Origin: a virus
IMG/VR virus record: IMGVR_UViG_3300029118_000005
Strand: one strand, 5' to 3'
DNA: 64,000 nt
In this document: piece by piece, positions 9,349-18,487 of the stretch
How the letters are laid out: each line of letters opens with the position of its first letter
Position numbering within the stretch: the first letter of the stretch is position 1
Notes under the pieces: model-generated
What the model saw: only the letters and a program-made list of their open reading frames with translations
What the model was told of the DNA's origin: nothing
Databases searched by the model: none
Made by a program: the position numbers and the translations under genes

Positions 9349-9366
9349 TCTGTTCGCCCTCCTTTC

Positions 9367-9567
9367 TTAATAAAATCGTTTGCCGCTGCTGCTTTTAGCT
9401 TGTATCTTTTTTATAGGCTTAACTGACTGCACAATACCGTCCTGTGTAAGAATGCAAGTCATTTGCTCACATTTCCTACATTGCACTTCAAAAACGTTTG
9501 TCGCTTTCTTGTCATAGTGGAAAATAATTCTTCCACAATTGGGGCATGTAATTATCTGGCTACTCAT
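9367..9567 (-). CDS. Com-like zinc-ribbon protein
   Basis: 66 aa with CPNCGRII...VQCRKCEQ, a layout like the Mu Com zinc finger. Confidence 0.4.
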   Translation of the reverse strand: MSSQIITCPNCGRIIFHYDKKATNVFEVQCRKCEQMTCILTQDGIVQSVKPIKKIQAKSSSGKRFY

Positions 9568-9809
9568 AGCGTTTCAGCCGACAGCAGCATCGAGTCTTGC
9601 AATTTGTATACTTCGTCCTGGAAAGACTCGTAATCGGAATTGCATTCCTTCCGGTTCTGCTTATATAACTCATGGTCGTTTATCCAGTTGCTAAACTGTA
9701 CCTCTTTAGGATTGTTTGAATTGATTGATGCCTGAAACGCAAAAATCACTTGATCATTTACTGTGCTGTCTCCTGACAGTGATATACTCTTGCTTCTAAT
9801 CGTTAACAT
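9564..9809 (-). CDS. Hypothetical protein
   Basis: Likely start is ATG 9809 (MLTIRSKS) with AAGGAG RBS. The longer listed start would run through a terminator hairpin. Confidence 0.4.
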   Translation of the reverse strand: MLTIRSKSISLSGDSTVNDQVIFAFQASINSNNPKEVQFSNWINDHELYKQNRKECNSDYESFQDEVYKLQDSMLLSAETL

Positions 9810-9830
9810 GGCTGTCTCCTTTTTGGGTAA

Positions 9831-9859
9831 TAAAAAAGCGCCATACATATGTAAGGCGC
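9831..9859 (-). terminator. Putative minus-strand terminator between the iteron region and the late genes
   Basis: Reverse strand reads GCGCC-TTACATATGTAT-GGCGC followed by TTTTTTATT. Confidence 0.4.
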
Positions 9860-10046
9860 AATTAACTTTATTTCATACTTTTCTATTATTGAGAGTATCA
9901 TAGTAATAGCATGTATTCAAGATGATATCTTGTGTCATTTAGTGATATTAAATGATAGGTTTTAGTGTTATAGGTAACCATGAAATTCCAATTAAAATGT
10001 CATAGTTAATATTGAATTGTTTTTTTATCTGCCTACCAATGCTTTT

Positions 10047-10106
10047 CTTGATTGATAGCTTGATTACTCTCTTGATTACTCTCTTGATTACTCTCTTGAT
10101 TACGGG
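10047..10106. repeat. Tandem 12-bp repeats (CTTGATTACTCT; 3 perfect plus 2 degenerate flanking copies)
   Basis: Read directly from the sequence. Explains the spurious VIKRVIKRVIK ORF 9948..10223. Confidence 0.9.
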
Positions 10107-10149
10107 AGTTCTGAAGGCCGCATAAATGCTAGCTTTTTGATATGTATAG

Positions 10150-10237
10150 GTAACCAAGAAATTCCACATGAGTAACCAAGAAATTCCACATGAGTAACCA
10201 AGAAATTCCACATGAGTAACCAAGAAATTCCATAAAA
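10150..10237. repeat. Iterons: 22-bp direct repeats GTAACCAAGAAATTCCACATGA (3 perfect plus 1 partial)
   Basis: Read directly from the sequence. A degenerate copy lies at 9974-9995 and GGTAAC half-sites overlap the rep promoter. Located immediately upstream of the Rep gene. Confidence 0.9.
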
Positions 10238-10261
10238 TATAAAAAAGGTAACAATTTTATA

Positions 10262-10290
10262 TTTACAATGGTAACTTATGGTGCTATAAT
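10262..10290 (+). promoter_or_regulatory. Sigma-A-type promoter of the rep gene
   Basis: TTTACA, 17 nt, then TATAAT with an extended TG (TGCTATAAT). GGTAAC iteron half-sites lie inside the spacer. Confidence 0.7.
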
Positions 10291-10323
10291 AAACATAAAA
10301 GTAGAGAAAGAGAGGTTTTACAC

Positions 10324-11499
10324 ATGGCTAGAAAAAAGATTGGGCCAATAACCAGTTTAGGAAATGGAGACAAACTTACTGTTCAAAAAAGTTTACCGCT
10401 GTTTTCCCTGTGGCGTTCTGAGCTATCGCTTGCAGAATTTAAAATACTCGATACATACCTATCGCGCATAGATAGTCACAAGCCAGAGAAACGAGTTGTA
10501 GTATTTGAAAAAGGTGAGCTTGAAAAGATTCTAGGAGTAAAAAAAATCAACAACCAAGACCTCAAGGCAAGATTAAAGCATCTTATGGGAAATGTAATAG
10601 AAGTGCAAGATGATAGTGAAAAACAAGGTTTTAGATTGGTGACGTTATTTGAAGAAGCAACGGCAGAACAAGATGATTACGGTCTGTGGCAAGTAAAGCT
10701 AGAGTGTTCTCAAAAAGCAATGAAGTATTTTTTTAATATTGAAAACCTCGGATATCTTCGGTATAAGCTGCGCTGCATAACATTACTCACAAGCCGTTAC
10801 ACTTATATCATGTTTACGTATCTTGAACAAAACCGTTTTCGAAAAAAATGGGAAGTGCAGCTTGATGAATTAAGGCAAATACTTGATTGTGATAAAGAGG
10901 AACTGTATAAAGAATACAAGTTTTTTAATCAAAAGATATTGAAACGTGTTCAGAAAGAAATGGATGAAAAAACTGAATGTCGGTATACATACGAACCCAT
11001 TAAGAAAGGGCGAACGGTAGTTGGTATAAGATTTGAAGTCGAAACATTGCCTATATTGGAAGTGCAAGTTCCAGAAGCGCCAGTGCCAAAGGAAGATACA
11101 TTAGATCGTCCGCTCTGGGAAAGTGCATTGAATGAATGGGAACTATCACAGGCACAGCTAGAAGAGATACAGACGCTACTCGTAACAGTACCAGTTCATA
11201 AGCTGCCAAGTTGCCAAAAGGAAGATCTGGAAAAGGCTTACTACCAGTATATAGCACAGAAAGCTGCTGAAATTAAGCGAAGAAATGAGCAAAAGCCGAT
11301 TCGTAGTCGATTTTTGTATTTGCGAAAGCTTATACAAGGAGATGTATCATCGAAAGCAAAACAATCATCGCAGGCAGCTGCTAAAGGTACTCAAGTATTC
11401 CAAAATTTCACAGAGCGTCAAGACAACAATTACTCGGAAAAAATCATGAATAAGTTAAAAAGTGATTTAAAGGAATTTCAGGAAAATCAAAGTTGCTGA
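10324..11499 (+). CDS. Plasmid-type replication initiator (Rep_3-like, iteron-binding)
   Basis: 391 aa. Winged-helix-like segments (LSLAEFKILDTYLSRI; TSRYTYIMFTYLEQNR...WEVQLDELRQIL; KKGRTVVGIRFEVE) are typical of Rep_3 initiators. Iterons lie upstream. One of the few plus-strand genes. Confidence 0.7.
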   Translation: MARKKIGPITSLGNGDKLTVQKSLPLFSLWRSELSLAEFKILDTYLSRIDSHKPEKRVVVFEKGELEKILGVKKINNQDLKARLKHLMGNVIEVQDDSEKQGFRLVTLFEEATAEQDDYGLWQVKLECSQKAMKYFFNIENLGYLRYKLRCITLLTSRYTYIMFTYLEQNRFRKKWEVQLDELRQILDCDKEELYKEYKFFNQKILKRVQKEMDEKTECRYTYEPIKKGRTVVGIRFEVETLPILEVQVPEAPVPKEDTLDRPLWESALNEWELSQAQLEEIQTLLVTVPVHKLPSCQKEDLEKAYYQYIAQKAAEIKRRNEQKPIRSRFLYLRKLIQGDVSSKAKQSSQAAAKGTQVFQNFTERQDNNYSEKIMNKLKSDLKEFQENQSC

Positions 11500-11506
11500 A
11501 ACATCA

Positions 11507-11542
11507 ATAGCAGGGGAAATTTGCTTCCCCTGCTATTTTTTA
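11507..11542. terminator. Bidirectional terminator between rep (+) and 11540..11977 (-)
   Basis: ATAGCAGGGGA-AATTTGC-TCCCCTGCTAT followed by TTTTTTATT. Confidence 0.75.
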
Positions 11543-11977
11543 TTGGTTCAGATATTCACTCCCAAACTTTTTCTCAAATTCGTTTAATGCTTCTTTGTGA
11601 AGCTTAAAAACATGTCGTTGTGTAAAATGTAACTCATCTACTATTTCGCACCATTGTTGCTGTGCAACGTAACGCTTGAACAGTATATTATAATACTTAA
11701 ACTCAAGCTGCTCCATTTGAGCAATGATTTTAGTTTTTAGGTTCACAAAAGAATCAATCATTGAATCAATTTCGCGTTCCATATCTACCAACTTACAAAT
11801 CGTAGATGCAGTCTTGTCTGTGGCATGTCCAGTTTGCACATTGACATCTTTTACACAACTCGGAACCGAACAAAGCATATTTTTTAACTGTGTTTTTTCA
11901 TAGATCTTGTTTGATATTTTAAGATCAAGTACGCTAATTTGTGAAAGATAGTGTTTTGTATCCATACATGTCTCCAA
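11540..11977 (-). CDS. Sigma-70 region-4-like late transcription regulator (RinA/ArpU/DUF1492 type)
   Basis: The C-terminus YNILFKRYVAQQQWCEIVDELHFTQRHVFKLHKEALNEFEKK matches the HTH pattern of phage late activators. Confidence 0.45.
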   Translation of the reverse strand: METCMDTKHYLSQISVLDLKISNKIYEKTQLKNMLCSVPSCVKDVNVQTGHATDKTASTICKLVDMEREIDSMIDSFVNLKTKIIAQMEQLEFKYYNILFKRYVAQQQWCEIVDELHFTQRHVFKLHKEALNEFEKKFGSEYLNQ

Positions 11978-11979
11978 TC

Positions 11980-13689
11980 TTAATAGATGCTGTTAATGAT
12001 TCTTGTTGGCCTTGGTTTTCTACGCTGTATGCGTAATGCGAAGTTTGCAAATGTATCTGGTACATCATCAAGCTGCTTTTTTCCGGTTGCCGAGTATTGG
12101 GCCAAAAGTGACATCATAATTCCATATGGTTCACGTGGCTTGTACATTTCCATATCCTTAAAAACGATATTTTGCAGTATCCAATTCGAACATTGAAAAA
12201 TTCGGGCTTCTTTGTTCGATTCAGTCATAGGATGGCTTATATTACAAATCCATCCTTTTTCTAAAACTCTTTTGGCAACTTCGTTGGCAACTCGGTCACC
12301 ACCATTGTTTCCTTCAAATTCACAATCCATAACTTTGTTGTTGACTAAAATGTTAGCAGAATTTTCATACTGTGCCTCATAGTCTGTAGAATTACTGCAT
12401 ATACAATCTATGCAATAATAGAGGTTGCCATATTTTAAAAATACTGGAAGAACAAAAAAATCAGTTCCACTAGACTTTGTATCACATTGCGCAGTAATCA
12501 ATTCTGGAGTTCCCTTAGGAAGTTCTTTATAGCGTTGAATTTTTTCTCCAGGAAATAATAGTCCTTCTCTTTCAATTGGTTCTTGCATAAAAAGACACTT
12601 GTACGAGATTTCGTCCATTGTCAGCTCTTGATCTGCAAAGAACTCTTTCGTGAATCCACCGACTGCATAATTGAAATTGCTCTCACCAGTAATGGGATCA
12701 ACTGCAGGTACAGATATAATTTTTGTGCGAGGGTCATCTTGATAAAGAATTATTACTCGACCAATTACGTCTTGGTTTGACCATCTAGTAGCCTGCATAA
12801 TTTCTTTACATGATTTTCCATCACTATCTACAGTTTTACGCTGCTTTGCATCTACAGAATAAAAACGCCATATTTTATCAAGATAGTTTTTATTTAACGC
12901 CTGTTCGCTGTTACCAATTAAGTCGTCTGATAGCAAGTATTTGTTTGCTCGCACCTTACCTGAACTGTTTGCACCAATTGATGTTGTTTGTAGCGATGGG
13001 AATGGTTTGTAGCTTCCCACGTTAAACTGTTGCATCAATGCATTTGTTGATGTAATTTTTAAACCTGGGAAGATTTCGTTCCACGCATATTCAATAGTAT
13101 CGTCTATCATCTGATAAACACCATCATAATACATTCGTGTAATATCGCCAGAATGAGAGCAAAATAAACTATAATCTTCTGGGAACCACCCTATAATCGC
13201 TGAATGAAAGAATTTTAAAAGGGTGGTTTTTCCAGTACCAGGAGGCAGAGAAATACACAGTCTATCATAACGATCATCCAACATTCCTTGGTAAGCTTCG
13301 ATAAGCTTAAATTTTTCAAACTGTTTAATTTTTGGCTTATAAAACATGTTCCTAGGATCACGTTTACGTTCCAAAAACAGTAAATAGTCATTGAATATTC
13401 TTGCTCTCGCACCATTCAGATAGGTCTGCCAATACAGTTTGTCCCACTCGTCACCCTCTACTTTTCTGTTGCGGTTGCAGTACCATCGGACGTAGCTATT
13501 TACATGGTCGCCATACCCTCTATACGCATCAAGATTCTTAAAATCGCGATTTGGTATAAACTCATTGGCATCAAGCAGAATCAGTCTTGCTCCGCCACAT
13601 AAGGTGTTGAGCTGACTGTATGTAGGCTGCATGATAATCTGGCGCTGTATATTCTCCACACGTTCTTTATGCTGTCTTAGCTCTAACAA
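11980..13689 (-). CDS. terL: Terminase large subunit
   Basis: 569 aa. Walker A LPPGTGKTT and a C-terminal nuclease-like region. TTG start with AGGAGGAG RBS. Confidence 0.85.
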   Translation of the reverse strand: MLELRQHKERVENIQRQIIMQPTYSQLNTLCGGARLILLDANEFIPNRDFKNLDAYRGYGDHVNSYVRWYCNRNRKVEGDEWDKLYWQTYLNGARARIFNDYLLFLERKRDPRNMFYKPKIKQFEKFKLIEAYQGMLDDRYDRLCISLPPGTGKTTLLKFFHSAIIGWFPEDYSLFCSHSGDITRMYYDGVYQMIDDTIEYAWNEIFPGLKITSTNALMQQFNVGSYKPFPSLQTTSIGANSSGKVRANKYLLSDDLIGNSEQALNKNYLDKIWRFYSVDAKQRKTVDSDGKSCKEIMQATRWSNQDVIGRVIILYQDDPRTKIISVPAVDPITGESNFNYAVGGFTKEFFADQELTMDEISYKCLFMQEPIEREGLLFPGEKIQRYKELPKGTPELITAQCDTKSSGTDFFVLPVFLKYGNLYYCIDCICSNSTDYEAQYENSANILVNNKVMDCEFEGNNGGDRVANEVAKRVLEKGWICNISHPMTESNKEARIFQCSNWILQNIVFKDMEMYKPREPYGIMMSLLAQYSATGKKQLDDVPDTFANFALRIQRRKPRPTRIINSIY

Positions 13690-13774
13690 AAAGAGGCTCC
13701 TCCTTTCTTAGCATTTAAAGAAGAGCCTCCATTTTGGCTGTTACATAATCACCATTTTGATTATGCCGTTTTAA

Positions 13775-14752
13775 TTATTTTCTTACTATGTCTTCTCTGT
13801 TTACCCAACCGTAGACGTTATCGCCTATGATGTGATACTGATGCTTGCCACTCTCACAAATACCTGTTACAGTTGCAACCTCTGGAACTGCAGTGATTGG
13901 CCTGTCGGACCATGCCGACATATACTGTTTATTGCCTGTGAATTGGACTTTATCGCCTAAGTTTATAACTTGTGCGTTAGCATTCGGGGAATAGCTGTAA
14001 TAGCCACTTCCTGCCTTTGTAAAGGCATATCCGCATGAAGCGCCGGGCCATACAATCTTATACCAACCAGAAGCGGTGATTTCGAGGACTTCTACGGCTA
14101 CAGAAGTCTTGATTGTATCAAGCTTCTTTGCAGATGTATCTGCTCCTGTACAGATGTTCATAGGTGTGAGTGCGACTGCTGTTCCAATACCCTTGCCGCA
14201 GAGTGTAGTGTTACCAGTTGAGATAATCTCGCACTCCACTTTAGAACCATCATCCAGTACTACTACAGTATGTCCCTGTACAGTTGTACACAGGATATCT
14301 CCACGCATCTGATATGCTGAGGACTCTGTACATTTTGGCTCACGGATGATTTCAAACTCATCTGTAGCATCCAAAACCTCAACTTCGTTGGCAGTAGAAA
14401 ACCACGGAATGTCGCGCTGCAAAGCATATGCCACGCATACACGTACAAGGCTGCTACAGTCTGTCTCCACTGGAGTGTTAACCTTGCTGCAATCCCATCC
14501 GTACTGCTTAGCCTTGTCGTACAAATCCCAAGACGTAGACTGATCATACCCGATATTATTATTTGCGCACGCTGCTTCCATACAGATTGCGATACGCTCA
14601 CGGATATTTGCGTCCTTCGCGCGGATTATAACCCAACCCTTATCGTGCAGATACCATGGCTCAATCGCCACTTCAAGTCCTGTCTGGTCACCTGGCTGTC
14701 CACCCTTCAATTTTCCGTTCTCGTCAATCCTTGCCGATCCTACTCTAACCAT
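13775..14752 (-). CDS. Endolysin: NlpC/P60-like cysteine peptidase domain plus C-terminal SH3b-like repeats
   Basis: ETDCSSLVRV resembles the NlpC/P60 catalytic DCSG motif. The C-terminal segments GWYKIVWPGASCGYAF and YGWVNREDI are SH3b-like. Confidence 0.6.
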   Translation of the reverse strand: MVRVGSARIDENGKLKGGQPGDQTGLEVAIEPWYLHDKGWVIIRAKDANIRERIAICMEAACANNNIGYDQSTSWDLYDKAKQYGWDCSKVNTPVETDCSSLVRVCVAYALQRDIPWFSTANEVEVLDATDEFEIIREPKCTESSAYQMRGDILCTTVQGHTVVVLDDGSKVECEIISTGNTTLCGKGIGTAVALTPMNICTGADTSAKKLDTIKTSVAVEVLEITASGWYKIVWPGASCGYAFTKAGSGYYSYSPNANAQVINLGDKVQFTGNKQYMSAWSDRPITAVPEVATVTGICESGKHQYHIIGDNVYGWVNREDIVRK

Positions 14753-15178
14753 TTAATTTCCTCCGTGTTTATTCCATATTCTTTCATATTCATCTACCCA
14801 TTGTTGAGCAGAGTAACAGCGATGTTTCTTTATTTCTTCTCGGACATCGCTCCACATCACAAAATAAGTATTTATTATAGACTTTCGAACATAACAACTG
14901 TATACTTGGCTAAGATGATATATATGTTGGTTACCAACAAATGCCTCAGTATTATCAAAGCGGCTTCTTTCATCAGTCAAGCTTCTGTCGTACATTTCTG
15001 TAAGCCCCATATATAAACAAGCTAGCTTGTAATAGTCCGACTTCTCTGATTCTATTCCTGTTGGAAAATATCGAAATTGAATTTTTTCAGCAGGTAGCTT
15101 TTGTATGCCATCGGCTAAGTTGCTTTGTGGATCACAATATTTTAGATTCTCCATTTTCCTCCCATCATTTTTATTCAA
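14753..15178 (-). CDS. Hypothetical protein
   Basis: 141-aa ORF, tightly packed between its neighbours. Confidence 0.4.
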   Translation of the reverse strand: MNKNDGRKMENLKYCDPQSNLADGIQKLPAEKIQFRYFPTGIESEKSDYYKLACLYMGLTEMYDRSLTDERSRFDNTEAFVGNQHIYHLSQVYSCYVRKSIINTYFVMWSDVREEIKKHRCYSAQQWVDEYERIWNKHGGN

Positions 15179-15698
15179 TATACCAATCTTCCGCTAAAAG
15201 ATCTTCCACGCTTGGGAGATACATTGCAAGTGAACCATCAATATAACGCATCTGAAGATATGGATCGCAGTTAAGAAGCCCTTCTCCGTTATCAACTTCT
15301 AAATAGGCATCCACTGTGCCTATATCACAAGGATGGCCAGCTGGTAAACCTTTGCGATATAAAACAAAACGTCCGCTTCCATACCAACACATTCGGGCGA
15401 CTTTATAACCTTGCTTTAGTAAATCTAGCGCTTTGCTAAATGTGAATAATTGTTTTCCGTTAGCTGTTTGCGATTCACTAGAATTATTTGCAATTTCCCA
15501 GTCTTCCGCAAGCATTCCCATAAAAATATAAGTCATATCAGCAGTGTCAGGAATGTTAAAAAGTTCTTTAAGCTTTCCTGAATCGTGTTTTGCTATTAAG
15601 GTTTTCTTTGATTTGTCATAGTACCAGACTTCATTCCATTTCTTTCTTTTCATTGGAATGCCTTTTTTCATATTGGAAAATGCAGCTCTGAAATCCAT
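15171..15698 (-). CDS. Protein with two DUF2829 (Tad2-like) domains
   Basis: Two repeats follow the DUF2829 pattern. The first is FRAAFSNMKKGIPMKRKKW...MLAEDWEI. The second is FSKALDLLKQGYKVARMCW...EDLLAEDWYIE. Confidence 0.6.
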   Translation of the reverse strand: MDFRAAFSNMKKGIPMKRKKWNEVWYYDKSKKTLIAKHDSGKLKELFNIPDTADMTYIFMGMLAEDWEIANNSSESQTANGKQLFTFSKALDLLKQGYKVARMCWYGSGRFVLYRKGLPAGHPCDIGTVDAYLEVDNGEGLLNCDPYLQMRYIDGSLAMYLPSVEDLLAEDWYIE

Positions 15699-15703
15699 AG
15701 TGC

Positions 15704-16261
15704 TTAATCCTCCTCGTAGATGATATCTAGCCCATACTCAACTGCCGCATCATGTTCGATGCAACATCCTCTTGCATTTTCCCATCCTTTGCAGAAATAA
15801 GCAGCATGACATAAACTCATATTTGTTAATGATGTTGCAAGGAAACAAAGTGGAATCTGTGTCACTCCTCTTTCTTTCATTTTCTCACTGTTATACCACT
15901 CGTCTGTAAAAAGTGTATTTATAATCTCATAGCCTTTTTCTTTCAATGCTGCAATTGCCTTTTCTCTTGTCGCCTTAATTTCTTCATCCGTTTTTCCTGC
16001 CATTGGCTGTGAAATCATAGCCATCTTAGCTCTGCTTTTAAGACTCTCACTGTTCAAATGCCAAACAATCCAATTATCGGATGCAATGTTTGAAAAAGTA
16101 TAATCTGGATTAGCTGTTTTTCTAATGTCAAACTCCTCACCATCTTTTGTGTGGATGATGATGGTCTGCTTTTCTTTGGACCAGTACCAATAACCTACCC
16201 ATGACGGAAGCTTTATCAGTGCACCCTGTTTCATCAATCCAAATGCTTCTGAAAATTTCAT
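15704..16261 (-). CDS. DUF2829 (Tad2-like) domain fused to a DUF4406 / nucleoside 2-deoxyribosyltransferase-like domain
   Basis: N-terminus FSEAFGLMKQGALIKLPSW...SDNWIV. The C-terminus SQPMAGKTDEE...GWENARGCCIEHDAAVEYGLDII matches the DUF4406 pattern. Confidence 0.55.
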   Translation of the reverse strand: MKFSEAFGLMKQGALIKLPSWVGYWYWSKEKQTIIIHTKDGEEFDIRKTANPDYTFSNIASDNWIVWHLNSESLKSRAKMAMISQPMAGKTDEEIKATREKAIAALKEKGYEIINTLFTDEWYNSEKMKERGVTQIPLCFLATSLTNMSLCHAAYFCKGWENARGCCIEHDAAVEYGLDIIYEED

Positions 16262-16274
16262 GCGTACTCCTCCT

Positions 16275-16712
16275 TTAAACTATTAAGGCTATAATTGTTG
16301 TCGCTAAAAATACAATAGTTGTAAGCATAAATATTTTTTGATTGCGTTTTAGGCCATAAAGAGTGTTGAATGCATCGGCAACGATCATTTGCTCATTGGA
16401 ATACCGGGCTGTATAATTGCTGCCGAGTAGTTCTTTTAAAAAATCATCTTGTATGCGACTCAGGCGTTCAAAACGCTTTCGATAATTTCTAAGTTCCCAT
16501 CTAAGATCTATTTCTGTATAAGTACTCCATTTATCGCTTTGAATGGCTTCGCAAAACTTTTTGTATCCTTTGTATTCTTCACTACTTCGAATTACATGAG
16601 AAGAACAATTCAGAAATTCTTTTGCTTCTTCTAGGCGCAGATACTCCTCTCCTGTCCATATCATTACATTTAGACCATTTTTTGAAGCTTTTAAGGCGTC
16701 TTCGTATGTCAT
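16275..16712 (-). CDS. C-terminally membrane-anchored protein, unknown
   Basis: 145 aa with a terminal TM segment IFMLTTIVFLATTIIALIV. Confidence 0.4.
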   Translation of the reverse strand: MTYEDALKASKNGLNVMIWTGEEYLRLEEAKEFLNCSSHVIRSSEEYKGYKKFCEAIQSDKWSTYTEIDLRWELRNYRKRFERLSRIQDDFLKELLGSNYTARYSNEQMIVADAFNTLYGLKRNQKIFMLTTIVFLATTIIALIV

Positions 16713-16856
16713 AAAAGATTTTTCTCCTTTCCTAAGTGTTTGGCGACAGTTTTCTAAGTTTTCCGCACTTTAGCACGGCAAAATTCATTTCCAAACTCTT
16801 GTTATGGGCCTTTAAAATCGAATATATTACATATGTTTACTATGTAAACGTAAAGT

Positions 16857-17246
16857 TTACTCGTGATGAGTTGCCTTAAATCCCCATTCTGGCAAGAAAT
16901 TGATCTCATAATGGAACTTGTCTACCTCCGAACCAGAGATGTCTTCGACCACATACATGGTGTAGTCGTTCAAATACACATAATCTTTCTGATATTTGCC
17001 TTCGGCAGTCTCAATAATGACTTCGAGTTCATTTGATGAATTGTTCTTTAATGCAAATGTTCCAGTCAGCTCCAGAAGAACTGTGTCGGTTCTTGCGTTC
17101 AGAACAGTAAGCTTCCTAGTCACGTTGAAGTTGTCTGCCTGCTTAGAGATATTAGAACTTACCTGATCAGCTTCTGTACAGCCAATGGCTGCACCAGAAA
17201 GCATCACTGCGGCTGCAAGGGTAACAATTAGTCTTTTTAATTTCAT
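16857..17246 (-). CDS. Lipoprotein (beta-sandwich lipoprotein type), possible superinfection-exclusion factor
   Basis: Signal peptide plus lipobox (MKLKRLIVTLAAAVMLSGAAIGC). Confidence 0.65.
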   Translation of the reverse strand: MKLKRLIVTLAAAVMLSGAAIGCTEADQVSSNISKQADNFNVTRKLTVLNARTDTVLLELTGTFALKNNSSNELEVIIETAEGKYQKDYVYLNDYTMYVVEDISGSEVDKFHYEINFLPEWGFKATHHE

Positions 17247-17971
17247 TGTCCATGTCCTCCATTGGTTGATTCGTTAAATCTTTTTACGCCATTTGAAAAA
17301 ATATCGGGGTCTTTTTCAAAACAAATGTAATGGCGACCAGTATTCACAGCTGCTATTGCTGCTGTCATGCTTCCAGCACAGATATCAAGTACTGTGTCGT
17401 TTGGGTTACTATATGTCTTAATCAACTCTTCGATTAGTTTAACTGGCTTTTGTGTCTGATGATATCCGTTTTCATTTGAAAATCTCCACACAGATCTTGG
17501 ATATCTTTGTGTGCTTTCATAGTCAGTTGGTGTATAGTTTCCGTAGCATTTTGATGTTGCTTTCTGAGTTTTTCGAACCCGTTTAACAGGCATACCGTTT
17601 TTCATTTGCGGATTGTATGTTGGCAAACACTTATAGAACACGCAAATATCTTCATGCGCTCTAAGTGGCATACGGTTCGCGTTGAGAAATCCAGATGCAT
17701 TTGCTTTTTCATAAATCAAATTATAGTGCCACATTTTGCAATTGCTTTTCATCAAGTCTGCCGTGAACATACCAGATGCAAAGAGGATAATTGCACCATT
17801 GTCTTTGATTATGCGGTTAATGCCCCCCCATAAGTCATCAAACGGAATCGGAGTATCCCATTTATTTCTTGTAATCCCGTATGGAAGATCTGTGCAAACC
17901 ATGTCAATCGACTTGTCAGGTATACTTTTCATTCCATCTCTGCAGTCAATGTTAATCATGACATCGATCAT
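17243..17971 (-). CDS. DNA N6-adenine/N4-cytosine methyltransferase (orphan)
   Basis: DPPY-like motif (CTDLPYG) near the N-terminus and a C-terminal AdoMet motif (VLDICAGSMT). No restriction partner is visible. Confidence 0.8.
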   Translation of the reverse strand: MIDVMINIDCRDGMKSIPDKSIDMVCTDLPYGITRNKWDTPIPFDDLWGGINRIIKDNGAIILFASGMFTADLMKSNCKMWHYNLIYEKANASGFLNANRMPLRAHEDICVFYKCLPTYNPQMKNGMPVKRVRKTQKATSKCYGNYTPTDYESTQRYPRSVWRFSNENGYHQTQKPVKLIEELIKTYSNPNDTVLDICAGSMTAAIAAVNTGRHYICFEKDPDIFSNGVKRFNESTNGGHGQ

Positions 17972-18114
17972 CGGTACACAACCTTCTTGCTAACCTCGGC
18001 AACGCTGATTCCGGCTGCAGTTCGCCGTACCTCAACATCTTTACCTTTTTTGAGTGCCGCCGCTATAAGGGCGGCTTGCTCCACAACTTTTGTTTGCAAA
18101 TCATCTTTAATCAA
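17968..18114 (-). CDS. Small ORF (48 aa), possibly real
   Basis: The TTG start overlaps the upstream stop (GTTGATTAA), and the TGA stop overlaps the methyltransferase ATG (ATGA). It fills the gap exactly. Confidence 0.3.
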   Translation of the reverse strand: MIKDDLQTKVVEQAALIAAALKKGKDVEVRRTAAGISVAEVSKKVVYR

Positions 18115-18472
18115 CTAGTCCTGCCTCCTTCCACGCCTTATACAGTTTCTCACCATTCCATGCAATCCAATCAATCATCTCTTCATTCACTGCCCATCCC
18201 TGCATCGAAAAATTTGAGTTGTAGACAAGTCCAGACTCGTTAAGGAAAGCGTGTACAATTTCATGCCTAAGAACTTGTTTCATTCGTCCTGCTGGGTCAA
18301 TTGCGATTGGATCACAGTCTGGGCTGGTAGTCTGGTCGATGATGAAGATTTTTTTACTATATGGGTCAGTCCATCCATCACAACCCTCACACGTTTTATA
18401 CTGATCGTGTTGAACTACTGTAATCTGATACTCACATCCGAGTATCGTTATACTATTTTTTGGATTCATCAT
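18107..18472 (-). CDS. Putative zinc metallopeptidase (HExxH)
   Basis: RHEIVHAF motif in a 121-aa protein. Confidence 0.45.
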   Translation of the reverse strand: MMNPKNSITILGCEYQITVVQHDQYKTCEGCDGWTDPYSKKIFIIDQTTSPDCDPIAIDPAGRMKQVLRHEIVHAFLNESGLVYNSNFSMQGWAVNEEMIDWIAWNGEKLYKAWKEAGLVD

Positions 18473-18487
18473 GTTATTATCTCCGTT

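Noticed and set aside
9948-10223. ORF encoding ...VIKRVIKRVIKRVIK...
   Set aside because: It is a translation artefact of the 12-bp and 22-bp tandem iterons.
16838-16852. Palindrome GTTTAC-TAT-GTAAAC after the lipoprotein gene, as a further copy of the junction motif
   Set aside because: It shares only TTTAC/GTAAA and lacks the TTCTTTACA and ACATTA..TAATGT blocks. It is probably an unrelated hairpin or operator.
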